64,000 nucleotides of DNA from NCBI GenBank assembly GCA_963693365.1, contig CAVNZM010000001.1:5720907-5784906 (forward strand), read 5' to 3'. Below the pieces are notes generated by a model. That model did no database searches and was not told the origin of the DNA. It worked only from the letters and a program-made list of their open reading frames with translations. The translations under genes and the position numbers were made by a program. Source of the stretch: Amoebidium appalachense. Lineage: Eukaryota; Protista; Ichthyosporea. Positions 47,707-59,188 of this stretch are shown here, piece after piece (position 1 is the first letter of the stretch; each line of letters begins with the position of its first letter).

Positions 47707-48112
47707 CCCCCCCCCCCCCCCTCCCCCCTCTCTTCACCACCACCAAACCCAAAATAATGCTTATACAGCGCAGCCGGCCTCTGGCCTCCGTCCACGTGAC
47801 TTGCGACCAATTACCTCTCAACACGACCGCTCATAATGATTAATATTAATAATATATTAATGACTATTTCGAAGTCATCATTGATGTTGTAGCGCAGTCC
47901 AGCCGCGGTGGCTGGCCATGGATTCCAGCACTTATTAGCCTCACTGAGTTTGTCAAGTTTAGGTGGGTGTGGTGCACGTGTGAGGCGTCGCGTGAATGCG
48001 GAGGAATGGTGGTGGTGGGGGGGGGGGGGGGGGGGGGGGGAAGGGGGGGGAGGGGGGGGGGAGATGTGTGTACGTGCGTGTGCTTGTGTGTGCCGCGCGC
48101 GCACGCGCGCGC

Positions 48113-48181
<69 letters not shown>

Positions 48182-48921
48182 GGGGGGAGGAGGTGAGCAA
48201 AAGGGATGGGAAAGATTGTTTCCCACTGGCACAAGCATTCCTAAAGTGGCTCCTCGATATTTCTCTTTATTTCGGAAGTCTACGACTGTTCGTCGATTTT
48301 TTTTCTAACATCAGTTCTTTTGTTTCTGGCTGCTTTAATGTGTCAAACACATCGATCACAAAGCCTGTCAATATACCGTTTAAATTTGCATCACGACCAT
48401 GGCCACAAAGTCCACATGTCAGTGTTCGTTTCTGTACTTGTTGCTCATGGTGTGCACCAACACGCTCGTTGAGGTGGTGATGTTTTATTTGGCACAGCTC
48501 CTAGAATATTAGAACTCGGGCTGCCGGCATGCATCTTGTTTCTCATGATGAATATCAGTCCCACACACACAAACACAACCCTTCCCCCCCCGGCTTCCCC
48601 CCCCCCCCCCCCCCCTCCCCCTCCCCCCACCCTCCCTCCGCCCCCGCCCCCGCCCCCGCCGAGCTCCACACCCACACCCACCCACACCCGCACACACACA
48701 AACAGACCCCCTCTCCTTTTCTTCTTTTCTTTTTCTTCCCCCCTCAGACCCCCCCCCCCCCCCCCCCCCCCCCCACCCCCCAAAACAAACAAACCACCGG
48801 TCACCACCGCCGCCGCCGCCGCCGCCACCGCCCGACACACACACACATGCACAACCGCACACACGTACACACATTCGCACCTATACATTCCAACACACAC
48901 GCACAAAGACTGTACAGCCCC

Positions 48922-48952
<31 letters not shown>

Positions 48953-49554
48953 AAAAAAACCTACTAAATGACTGAGAGAACTAAGAGGAAAAAAAAAGAA
49001 GGACACCGGGGGGAGGGCAGGGGGGGGGGGCGGAGAGAAGGGGAGGGAGGGAGGAGAGCTGGGGAGTGGGAGGTCCTGGAAGGGAAGCTGGTGTAGGGAG
49101 GGGGGAGGGGGGGGTAATTGGCTCTACATTTCTCACAGCCTTAATAATATTGTCACTTGGTCTCCCGGGCCGACTGGCACTACAGGCCAGAAAAAAAGAA
49201 GACAAGAAGGATGCACATATACTCCTTAGCAAGTTGATTCTTGTATGATAACATCAATATTATTGAACCAACTGGGCCAGCCACGTTGGTAGTGTCACAT
49301 AGCAGCTTGTAGACTGTCGTAAATTTCCGTTTCACTACAGATGTATGCTCGCACATCACACACATGCTCTCAAAAATGTCACTACTCGTATATTTACACA
49401 TTCGACAACCTACATAGTACAATACTCACATGATGATTCATTCATGGTAATGCCCTGCCCCATGGCTTTGGGACGTACACGTAGTGGCAGATACTCCGCA
49501 CACTCACATATTCGCTAGACTACGTATACATGACACTAATATTTCCATAAGCAT

Positions 49555-51318
49555 TCATTCTTGGTGATGCCCTGCCCCTACTTCCTCTGGACGTATTGGG
49601 CGGTACTTCATCATAGGTACCTTATCAGCACCCACACTCCTGGGCACAAGGAGACCATGTGTGTTGCGCTCCAATTGGACCTCCTCGTGTGTGCGCAGGT
49701 GGCCGTACGGTTCAGGAAGGGCCCCCTGGGCAATGACGTTGCCCACAAACATCGTATTGATGGCAGGGGTATAGCGGCGCACAAGAAAGCTCTTCTCGTG
49801 ATCATAGCTGTGTGCGTAGCGCCTCACTCTCATGTGTTTCTGGTCGCGGCCAACAATGACGTTATTTGCAATGGTGTTGTCTCGCGGCCAGTGTGCAGCA
49901 TTCACTTTGCTCTTTGCCAGGTGGCCCAAACTGACGCACCAATGGCAGCCAACCAGCAGGTTCCGCCGTACGTCCGTGCGTGTTGCCGCCCATCTTCCCG
50001 CCGCCTCCTGGCCCAAGTCCGCACCCCCGTGCAACACAATAGCGCCGTCCACGCGGTCACGTGACCCCGTGGCCTGACCCCCCTCCATATAGTTGTTATG
50101 CACACGGTTGTCGTGCCCCTGCACACGGAGGCCTGCACATGGCTGGCCCTGGCGGTTGCAGAAGAAGTAATTCTGCGAGAGCGTGTTGTTTGCACCGTGG
50201 CGCACAGTGACATGGGCAGCACTGTTGATGATTGTGTTTGCACGCACAATGTTGTTGCTGGCCTTGAGACTGACAGCCTCGTTATCGCTATCCACCCCCT
50301 CAAAAACATTAAACTCAATCACTGTCTGTGTGTCCCGGTGGGGCCACTTCAACCCCACCTGAATAATCTCCCCGCCGTTTCTGTAGCTGCTTGCCGGACG
50401 TGGCCCAAAGTAGTTGTACGCTATCCTATGGCCGGCGCTGAGTATCTCTTCCGTCTTCACACTCGAATCCATGACACGAACAAGCTCCCCTGGCACATTC
50501 ATGTTGACCAAGGAGTTCCACTCAACGCGGTGGCTGTGCCCCCACAGCTCCACTAGGACCTGCTTTTTACCGCCTGCCTGCTCTGAGTAAAACCCGTCGA
50601 ACATGCAGTCTACTACTCGGTTGTGTCGGCTGCCACGTGCAAAACGAACCGCTGCGCTGGTGCCGTTTCCGAGCCTCGGGCCCACCCAACGGAAGGAGCG
50701 AATTTCCACATAGCTGCCGGTCACACTCAGTGTGGCCTGGTTGAAGGTCACACAGTGGGCCCGTTCAGGTCGGATAACTATGGGGCGCTGTGCCGTGCCG
50801 GTACGGGTGACGGCAAGGTTGAACCGGTCGGTGTATGTGCCACACGTGATAACTAGATGGTCGCCAGCATTAATAACCTTTTTTTGGAACAGGTTGTTTG
50901 CAACGCCTGGTGTGCTTACGTGATAGATGTGGCTGCCCTCAAACAGAGCGGCAAAGACGGGGCGTGTTTGTGGTGGCTCACGCAAGTTCGTTAAGGGAAG
51001 GGCCTTCTGTTCGTGTTCGTGTGCAACTCGATGATGTGCCACCTCTGGCTGTGGGCCAACTACAGCAGACACATTACTATGAATTACCAGTGTGTATTCA
51101 AGATATCCGGTTAATAGGCGCAGGGCAAGGCCACAAAGAACTAGCCGCACAGCCAACTGAACGACAGAAACGAACGAACGACTAGGGTGTATGCGTGTAA
51201 GTCCGAGATAGGTTCTGAGTCTGATGGGTATCAAAGCCTGTGAGGTCCGGCGTTGCAGTTGACGCCCCAACGGCGCCTTGTGGTTGTGGACACAAGTGAG
51301 GCCATCTTCGAGACACAT
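49555..51318 (-). CDS. Intronless polysaccharide lyase family 6 (chondroitinase-B/alginate lyase-like parallel beta-helix) with N-terminal membrane anchor
   Basis: 587-codon uninterrupted ORF (ATG 51318). PL6 motifs GDHLVITCGTY, GTAQRPIVIRPE, HRVEWNSL, HRIAYNYFGPRP, NGGEIIQVG, NVFEGVDSDNEAVSLKASNNIVRANT...VRHG. K and R are 21 residues apart, as for ChonB K250/R271. Hydrophobic segment FVSVVQLAVRLVLCGLALRLLTGYL. Confidence 0.9.
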   Translation of the reverse strand: MCLEDGLTCVHNHKAPLGRQLQRRTSQALIPIRLRTYLGLTRIHPSRSFVSVVQLAVRLVLCGLALRLLTGYLEYTLVIHSNVSAVVGPQPEVAHHRVAHEHEQKALPLTNLREPPQTRPVFAALFEGSHIYHVSTPGVANNLFQKKVINAGDHLVITCGTYTDRFNLAVTRTGTAQRPIVIRPERAHCVTFNQATLSVTGSYVEIRSFRWVGPRLGNGTSAAVRFARGSRHNRVVDCMFDGFYSEQAGGKKQVLVELWGHSHRVEWNSLVNMNVPGELVRVMDSSVKTEEILSAGHRIAYNYFGPRPASSYRNGGEIIQVGLKWPHRDTQTVIEFNVFEGVDSDNEAVSLKASNNIVRANTIINSAAHVTVRHGANNTLSQNYFFCNRQGQPCAGLRVQGHDNRVHNNYMEGGQATGSRDRVDGAIVLHGGADLGQEAAGRWAATRTDVRRNLLVGCHWCVSLGHLAKSKVNAAHWPRDNTIANNVIVGRDQKHMRVRRYAHSYDHEKSFLVRRYTPAINTMFVGNVIAQGALPEPYGHLRTHEEVQLERNTHGLLVPRSVGADKVPMMKYRPIRPEEVGAGHHQE

Positions 51319-52666
51319 TTGTGCGTGAGAATGCAAATAAACTGACTTGTAGCTTATTAGAACACACGTGGCATGAGCATGATCGGCCGAGAAAACACCA
51401 ACTGTGCAAATAGAGTGGAACCAACAGGATGCTAATGCATGCCTACGACAGAAGAAAAGCTTCTTGCTTTATCACCATGTCATATCTATTCGTGACAAAC
51501 TTGATGAATAGATTCGACGACGTAGACTGAGATTGCTTAGTCTGGGCACACTTTGAAACTACTAACGTTAACAGAAGAAAAAAAACAGTTTGTGCAACTG
51601 ACACCTGTTACGTGCCCCGGCTTTTTGTGGGGCACCCCCCGCAGGTCAACCAGCGGCTCACAATCAGGGTGTGAAATTCTGCGACAGCTACATAGGCCGG
51701 CGGATTCGCCTGTTCATTGATGCCCAAAGCCCTTGTGATATTCGTGTGGGATTTTATCTTTCGGATTGCTAACATTATTTTGTGCTTTGATCTTTTAGTG
51801 CTTTAGTAAGGAGCATATAAAACGTTCGTTAGCACGTTAAGATAAGAAAAAATGGACCCAATTGATGATTGTAAGTTCCTAACAGGTTCGAGCCCATGGC
51901 CAGAGGATGACTGTGAATTGCAATCTACGGGGGCAAATTCCTGTACATAAAAACAGGGCGACTTACAATCTTATGTGCTGAGGGCAAGCTCGCTGTGCAC
52001 TGAACTGGGAGGGAATATACGAAGTATAAAAACCTAATTAATGAGTATTGGCGTGATCTTATACGTCTATTATCCAAAATATTATTTTTTTTAAAACATA
52101 CACCAAATCGTCGTGCATTAATATCCTTCCTACCAAGGCTTGGTATTGTAACCTGGCTAATGCACGTGTCTCCCAAATTCTTAATTTATTTACAGCGCTC
52201 AACCGTCATCTGCCAATCAAGCAAAACAAATGAAAATGATTGGACACCCTATAATTTAGTCAACTTCACGTCAATTTATGAGTCGTAATCTGATTGGTTG
52301 GCTTGGATACTGATTCCTTGACAGGGTGGGCAATTCTTTCCGGGTTTTTCGAAGGGTTTTTTAATTGAGGAATTTTGGCAACATAAACCTCAAAGGTCGC
52401 CTTCAACGAGACTTTCAACTTGTTTAAATCCTACTCTCACGCTGCAAAACCAAATCCTACTCCCAGGCTACAAAATTTGAGCCAACAGAAAAAGGAAACG
52501 CAGAAAGTGCATGCATTTAATGGTGGAAGGCCATACCATATACACTGTGCAGTACAGCACTAAAGGGCATCGATAGATTTTCCCATGCGGGCCTTGCCAG
52601 TTTCCCGTATTTTCATTAGACATCAAAGGGCGATTTCCCAGCCGCTCCATCGGCCGGCGCCGGGTA

Positions 52667-53639
52667 CAGGGTCTTCGCGATATTATAACTACCTGAAACA
52701 GTCACCTCGGAGGGTGATTATATCGGGATGTGAAATTAGCAGGTTGTTCTAGGGGGACCGTTTTCAATAGAGGGTTAGGGGGATCTGTTTGCGTAAACCG
52801 AGCACATGGGTTGCGTACGCTTGCCCTCGCGAAGGTTTTTCTGCTCCAAAACGGCAGGCGAGGCTGCCTTGGCCTTATCAAGGATCTTTTTCTTTGTTGC
52901 GGGATTCACCAGCTTGGTCACAGTCGAGCGGTCAATGCCAAACACGTTGCACACACTGTCGTGCTTCTCTTTATTACCCACACGACGAATGATTGCGATT
53001 TTAAAGTTTCAAAGACAGACGCTTAACAGGTTTGCGTGGTTTATGCCCGTCTTGCGCCCTCTTACTAGCCTGCTGCAAACTCTTTTTCAGGGCCTTCTGC
53101 TCCTCCTGGGCCCGCTTCGCGGCCTTTACCGCGCCCACTACCACCATTTTTCCGAACTCTACTCTATTCCGGGCTCAAAGTGTATGTGTCAAAGTGTGTG
53201 TGAAAATGTTTGCTGACGCGGCTGCATGCCTGCTGCCACCTACTGAGATGGCTCCTTAATTTTCCTTACACATTCAGCGAACACTGGACTCTATCGAACC
53301 GTCAAGGCGCCGCGACAGAAAGTATGCACGCGGTCGCGAGAGTGTAAGGAAAAATCCCGTCTGCAGCGAACGTAAAGTTCATCGCAGCGCGTGCACACCG
53401 TCAGTACGTGTGAGGCATGCCTGCACGTTTTCTGTTGTTGTTTTCTTTTCGGCGGGCACGTCCCAACGGGCCGCGCCAAAACCGCAACCCGGGTTTTGAT
53501 TGGCTGAATCCAGATCGACCCGACAAATCGGGCGGGTCAAAACCCGGCCCGAATTGACCCGATCAGGCCGGGTCGCCAGAAAATGTGACAATATCGAGAC
53601 GTGATTATATAGGGGTGTGAAGATATCGCGAAGACCCTG
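52667..53639 (-). mobile_element. Internally deleted pogo/Tigger-type (Tc1/mariner superfamily) DNA transposon, 973 bp
   Basis: Perfect 17-bp TIRs CAGGGTCTTCGCGATAT (52667-52683 / 53623-53639), TA on both sides (52665-66, 53640-41), and an internal remnant HTH ORF. Confidence 0.92.
52775..53147 (-). pseudogene. Truncated pogo transposase N-terminus (CENP-B_N/HTH_psq-like), frameshifted, no DDE domain
   Basis: ATG at 53147: MVVVGAVKAAK...RKPVKRLSL[fs ~53005]FKIAIIRRVGNKEKHDSVCNVFGIDRSTVTKLVN...KKKIL. Confidence 0.8.
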
Positions 53640-54983
53640 TACACAGTCTCTCGAGCTCCGAGCCTGCAGCAAGCTGGCAAGGGCAACGGAGGTTCAAGTG
53701 CCACGCACACACACACACTGTACGAAGGATGGCATTAATTTGCCTTTGTTGGGGCCATTCGGGCTTTCAGGACTTTTTTTGTGCGGCTAAACCTTCACTT
53801 TTCACAGCCTCAGCCATCGTCATACAGGAATCCAAAACCTCTAAAAAAAAATCAGAAGTGACGGAGCCATGGCCCCAGGCCAGGAGGGCGGGTGTGGGAG
53901 GGGAGAGCGGGGAAGGGGGGGCGAGGGAGGGACGGGGGGGGGTTACAGGGTGTGGGGGTGGGGGGTAGGAGGTAGAAGAGTGGGTGGGAGAGCGGGTGGG
54001 ATAGTGTTGGGGGGGGGGGGGGGGGGGGGGGTTGGAAGCCTTGAAGATCTTTTAAACGTTAACGGCTCTTCGAACTTCCCAATCTGTGCACGTGTATGCA
54101 CTGGCCATGGTGCTAAGGCGCCTTCGAATAATGGTCTACAAGTTCATATATTCTAGCATCAGTAAACGGCGAGTACTACCATGCTAAGAAGCCGAGACGG
54201 CGCGGACTGTAAAGACCCCACAGGCCACCGTGCACGATCATTGCTGTTGATGATGGTCCATATATATACTGGCCCAATCAACAAAGGAAGAATTCGAAGC
54301 CACGGCTATAGCTATTGCCGCATTGCCAATCTGCTGTAGGTACAACGGAAAGTTCCATTGCCCCAAGGTGTCTGTGTTGGCCACGCTACATGCACACGTG
54401 CGCAGAGAGAGCTGACCATAACAGAGCGTAAAATGATACATATTAGGTTCCTACTATGTAATATAGCGTGTAGTTACACAAATGAGGAGGCAATACAGTA
54501 CTCGTGTCAGGTTCATTTCAATACAAGCATCTCGTCCCTGTATGATGTACTTGTCGGAGTCGGCCGGGGAAGACTGGCTATTGACGCTACACAAGCACAA
54601 AGGGGCACTACTGGAACAGCGATGCAATGGCTTACTTTGTTCAATGTGTTCGTCCATATTTGCAATGACCCTCGTGGATTTCTTCCTTTTCTCTTTCTGG
54701 CAAAATGAGCACGGGCTCAGGGGATCCCGATTTTCCAGCTCGCTTAGCTGGACTGGAAATATTCGCTTCTAAAGGGACATAGTTGGTTACATAATGTAGC
54801 GCATGAACTCATGTATGCCTGCGCAGCCATCCCTGAATCAAAATTCTATTCTTGGTTGCTGCAAACTCCTTAGTTCATTTGTTCATGTGCTTGACAAAGT
54901 TTTGGTGTTCACGAAGTGCACTGCAGCAAAAACGAACACGCCGAACGAAAAAGTGAGCGACTGTGACAGTTTAGCTATGTACG

Positions 54984-55030
54984 CCAATCAGCATGAGCGC
55001 TAAAGGTCACGTGACCGTGGGAAAGCCAAT
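54984..55030 (+). promoter_or_regulatory. CCAAT / GGTCACGTGACC (E-box, CLEAR-type) / CCAAT module upstream of Sec1/Munc18
   Basis: CCAAT 54984-54988, 12-bp palindrome 55005-55016, CCAAT 55026-55030; about 240 bp before the ATG. Confidence 0.6.
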
Positions 55031-55266
55031 CAACAAACAGATCTGACATTCCTCACATTCTTTCCTTACACCGGCTCAGAGATCCGCAATCCTCCCTTAC
55101 TTTTGTCTGCCTTGAACTTCACTCGGAGAGTTTTTCTTCGTACGTTTCTATTATCCTCTTACTATTCCTGAGTCCCGAAGTGGAAATAGTTGTTCTTTGT
55201 ATTTTTAAAGCTCATATCAAACAGATATACAAGGCATAGTAGCGGACACAGAGATCCAGACTCACC

Positions 55267-56160
55267 ATGGCTACACTCAAGGAGACCGTGCAAGCCAGTA
55301 GGCAACCCCCCTGTGCCGAGTGACACCTTGCCTTCGGGCCTTCCCTTCCTGCTTGCTTCTTTGCGTTGTGTTTCATTTCATTCTGGGGTTTTTTCTCCTC
55401 GCTTACTTCATTTCATTCTGGTGTTTTCTCTCCTCGCTTTCTCGCGTTTTGTCTTCAAAGAGTCCCTCCCGGCACCCCGCCCACCCGCCACCCCGTTCCT
55501 CGTCTCCTTTTTCCGTGTTCCTACTGCTCCCCCCTCCTCCTTCCCCCCCCCCCCCCCCCCCCCCCTTCCCCCCCCTCCTCCCCCCATGGTAGAGTGGCTG
55601 CAGTCTGGGAGTGAAGGTTTTCCACGTCTCTCCACTGGAAAAGACAACAGGTTTGAATAAACTTTCTACTGACCTTTGAGGATGTCCCTGTTTCAAGCAG
55701 TGTTGTGCCTTACACAATTGGTGTTGTCATTTTCTTTGTTCACTTTGTAGGAAGCCTCTGATTTTCATGGAGAACGGGCCATTTAGCGGGCTCATCACCC
55801 CTGCTGCGTGTTCAACCTATTTTTCATCGTCCTTTTTCTAGTTTTGGAGGCTCCTTTCTTGTGCTTTGTGACATGTGAATAAGTTATTTCCCTTTTCCGG
55901 TTGCACACTTAACAGCACTGCATCCATACTGACTCGTCTAGTGCTTCCTTATCCCCTTACACTATTCCTTTCACACCACTCTTTGTACGCCTATGCACTC
56001 GAGCTTTCAGACACAAAAAGAGCGCACCCTCGCGAATCTCCCATCCCCCCCCCCCCCCCCCCCCCCCCCCCCCACACACACACCCACCACCACCACCACC
56101 ACGACCACCACGACCATCACATACACACACACACACACAAACACACAAACACACACAAGT

Positions 56161-56198
<38 letters not shown>

Positions 56199-57430
56199 TG
56201 ACACACACACAAACATGACGGATGCACGGGCATGCTTAAACGTAACATACACACACCTTCACATGCACTTGCTGGGATAGGACACACTTTCCGATATCAG
56301 CACACACTTGTGCGTAGTGTTTCGAATAAGTGAACCTATGCCTGCGTGCATGCATAAACAGTGACACACACACACACACACACACACACGAGCGACACAC
56401 ACACATACATGCACAGATGCACGGGCATGCTGAAACGTATTATACACACACCTTCACATACACTTGCTGGGATAGGGCACACTTTCCGATATCAGCACAC
56501 ACTTGTGCGTAGTGTTTCAAACAAGTGAACCTATGCCTGTGTGCATGCAATTAAAAACGTGTTTGCCATGACACACAGACGCACTCACACGGGTGTACGT
56601 GTGCTCTCATACACACACACACCTCACATGCACCCGTGCCCATACACGCACGGGTGGTTATGGGGGCACACACAAGTGCCCCCCGAACACATACCTCCAT
56701 TTCCCTATCATCCCTTTCTCATCATTCCCTCCGCTGGACTTTCACATACCGTGACGAACAAAAAAGTTATATTATCCTGAGTCTATATTCTTCTCTCCCT
56801 TTCGCCTTCTAGTTCTGGCCAGCATGTTTTCACTTCTCTGACCACTCCCCCCCCCCCCTCCCCCCTCCCCCCCTCCCCCCCCCCCCCTCCCCCTCCCCCC
56901 CCCCCCCCCGGCTCATTCACCTTCCTTCATAACCTGCTCATCACCAACCTACTCCAAAATCAGCCTGAGTTTGCATTGTGCAATACACTCTACCTCCCCC
57001 CCCCTCCTTCCCTCCCTCCCCTCCCCCCTCCACCCCCTCCCCCCCCCCCCACCCCTCTCCCCATCCACCCACTCACCCTCGCTCTTTCCCTTGCAGGGAT
57101 CATGGATGACATGATCAAGGCGGTGACAGGTGGGGGCAAGGACGAGAGCCAATGGAAGGTGCTGGTGGTGGACCACGAGGCCATGCGCATCATGAACAGC
57201 AGCGTGCGCATGTTTGACGTCACAGATGCCGGCGTCACAAGTATGCAGCCCTTTGCCTCCTCTCCCTCTCACTTTCTTTTCCCCCCACCCCCCCACCCCC
57301 CTCTCCGGGCATCCTCGTCCTCTGAAAATAAACTGTGCCTGTGTTGCATGCTCTTGTGTGATTGGTTTTTCCGAACTCTTCTTACACCATGTTTTCTGAT
57401 TTGTCAAATACTTTGCACCGTGTAACCCAA

Positions 57431-57474
<44 letters not shown>

Positions 57475-58786
57475 CCCACCTCCTCCCCTCCTCCCCTCCG
57501 CCCTCTTCCCCCCTCCCCCCCCCCCCTCCCCCCCTTCCAGTTGTGGAGAATCTTGCGCAAAAGCGGCAGCCACTGCGGTCGTTTGAGGCGATCTACTTTG
57601 TGGGCCCCACGGAGGACAGCATCGAGAAGATAGTGAAGGACTTCGAGCCGGGCCGTGTGCGCTACAAGGCCGCACACATCTTTACCACCCGTCGTACGTG
57701 TGTGTGTGTGGGGGGGGGGAGGGGGTGGGGGATGGGGGGTGGGGAGGGGGGTAGGCGGGTATGCGTGTGAGGTGGGGCGTGAGGGGAGGGGGGTAGGCGG
57801 GTATGCATGTGAGGTGGGGCGTGAGGGGAGGGGGGAAGTGTATGTGGGTTTTTATTCATTTATTTACTTGTTTCATTTTTTTGCCCCCGGGGGGGGGGGG
57901 GGGAGGGGGGGGGGGAGGGCGGAGAGTAGGGTATCGGTGTGCCGTGGGAGGGAGGGGCAATGTCTTTGTGGGTTTAAAATTAGTATTATTATTATTTCTA
58001 TTATTAGCATCATAATGAAATGGGGGGGGGGGGGGGGGGGAGAATGTTTGTCGTCCTTTTTTCTTTTCTTTTTTTTCTTTTTTTTCTTTTTTGGGGGGGG
58101 GGGGGGGGGGGGGGGATGGTGGTGTCAGAAGGGGAGGCTGTATTGAAATTGGGAACCGGTGGATGGTGGGGATGGGGAGTTGGAGTAATAGAGGAGCCTC
58201 CGCGGAGGAGGGAGGGGGGTGGGGGGGGGGGGGGGGGGGGTGTAAAGCTATCGGATGAGGGGTGTGCCGGTGTGCGCCTGGTGCATGTGGGTGTGCGGCC
58301 AGGGTGTCCATTTGGGGGGGGGGGAGGGAGGGGGGGGGGACACGTAAAGAGGTGGGGGGGGAGGGGGGAGGGAAGGGAGGAGGGGGGAGTGGGGAAGGGG
58401 GATGATATTTCAGCGAGGGGATCGTGTGGTGCATGTGCTGACAGACACCTTTGCAGCGTGTCCAGACAATCTGTTCCGCAAGCTGACGTCATCGGACATT
58501 GCAAAATACGTCAAGAGATTCACTGAGCTCAACCTGGACTTCCTCAGTACGTCACATCATCTCCCCCTCCCCCACATTGCCCCCCCCCCCCCCCCCCCCT
58601 GGGGCGCCCTCCCCCCTGGGGCTGCCCATCGATTACCCGGCGGACGGGGAGAGGCATTCTTTTTGCTGTTGTCTTGTGTTTTTTTTTTTCAACACTCTTC
58701 ATTGTAGCCGTATGTCTGTGTGCTTTTGAAGCTTGTGTGTGACAGTGGTAATGGTATGTCTGTGTGGGTGAGTGTGTGTGCGGTGT

Positions 58787-58818
<32 letters not shown>

Positions 58819-59134
58819 GGGTACTTTTCCCTTTTGTTCGGGTGCCAAGTGAGTGGTGCTGATAGGTATGGGTGCTGACGGTGTGTGATGCAGCCATCGA
58901 GTCCAACGTGTTCAGCCTAGACCGGCCACTGGAGTTCTACAACCTGTACAGCCCAAATGCACAGGAGAAGGACACTATCATTGCTGGCGTGGCTGAGCAG
59001 GTGTGTGTGGCTGTGCAGTGGTGCTGTTGTGTGTGGGTGTGGGTGTGTGTGTCTGTGAGTGTATGGTTGTGTGCCTGTACTGCTCTTGTGGGTGGGTGTG
59101 GGTGGTGCACTGGAGCCGGGAGATAGATGTATTT

Positions 59135-59188
<54 letters not shown>

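Noticed and set aside
48260-48505. Minus-strand exon-like stretch ELCQIKHHHLNER...CGLCGH
   Set aside because: Isolated, with no compatible neighbouring exons or family match; insufficient support.
49561-51185. Plus-strand ORFs overlapping the PL6 gene
   Set aside because: Antisense shadows of a GC-rich coding sequence; no recognisable motifs.
51319-51336. ORF-track start for the lyase at 51336
   Set aside because: It is a TTG; the first ATG is at 51318.
51860-51905. tRNA or tRNA-derived SINE (GGTTCGAGCCC B-box)
   Set aside because: No A-box, acceptor stem or cloverleaf could be built around it.
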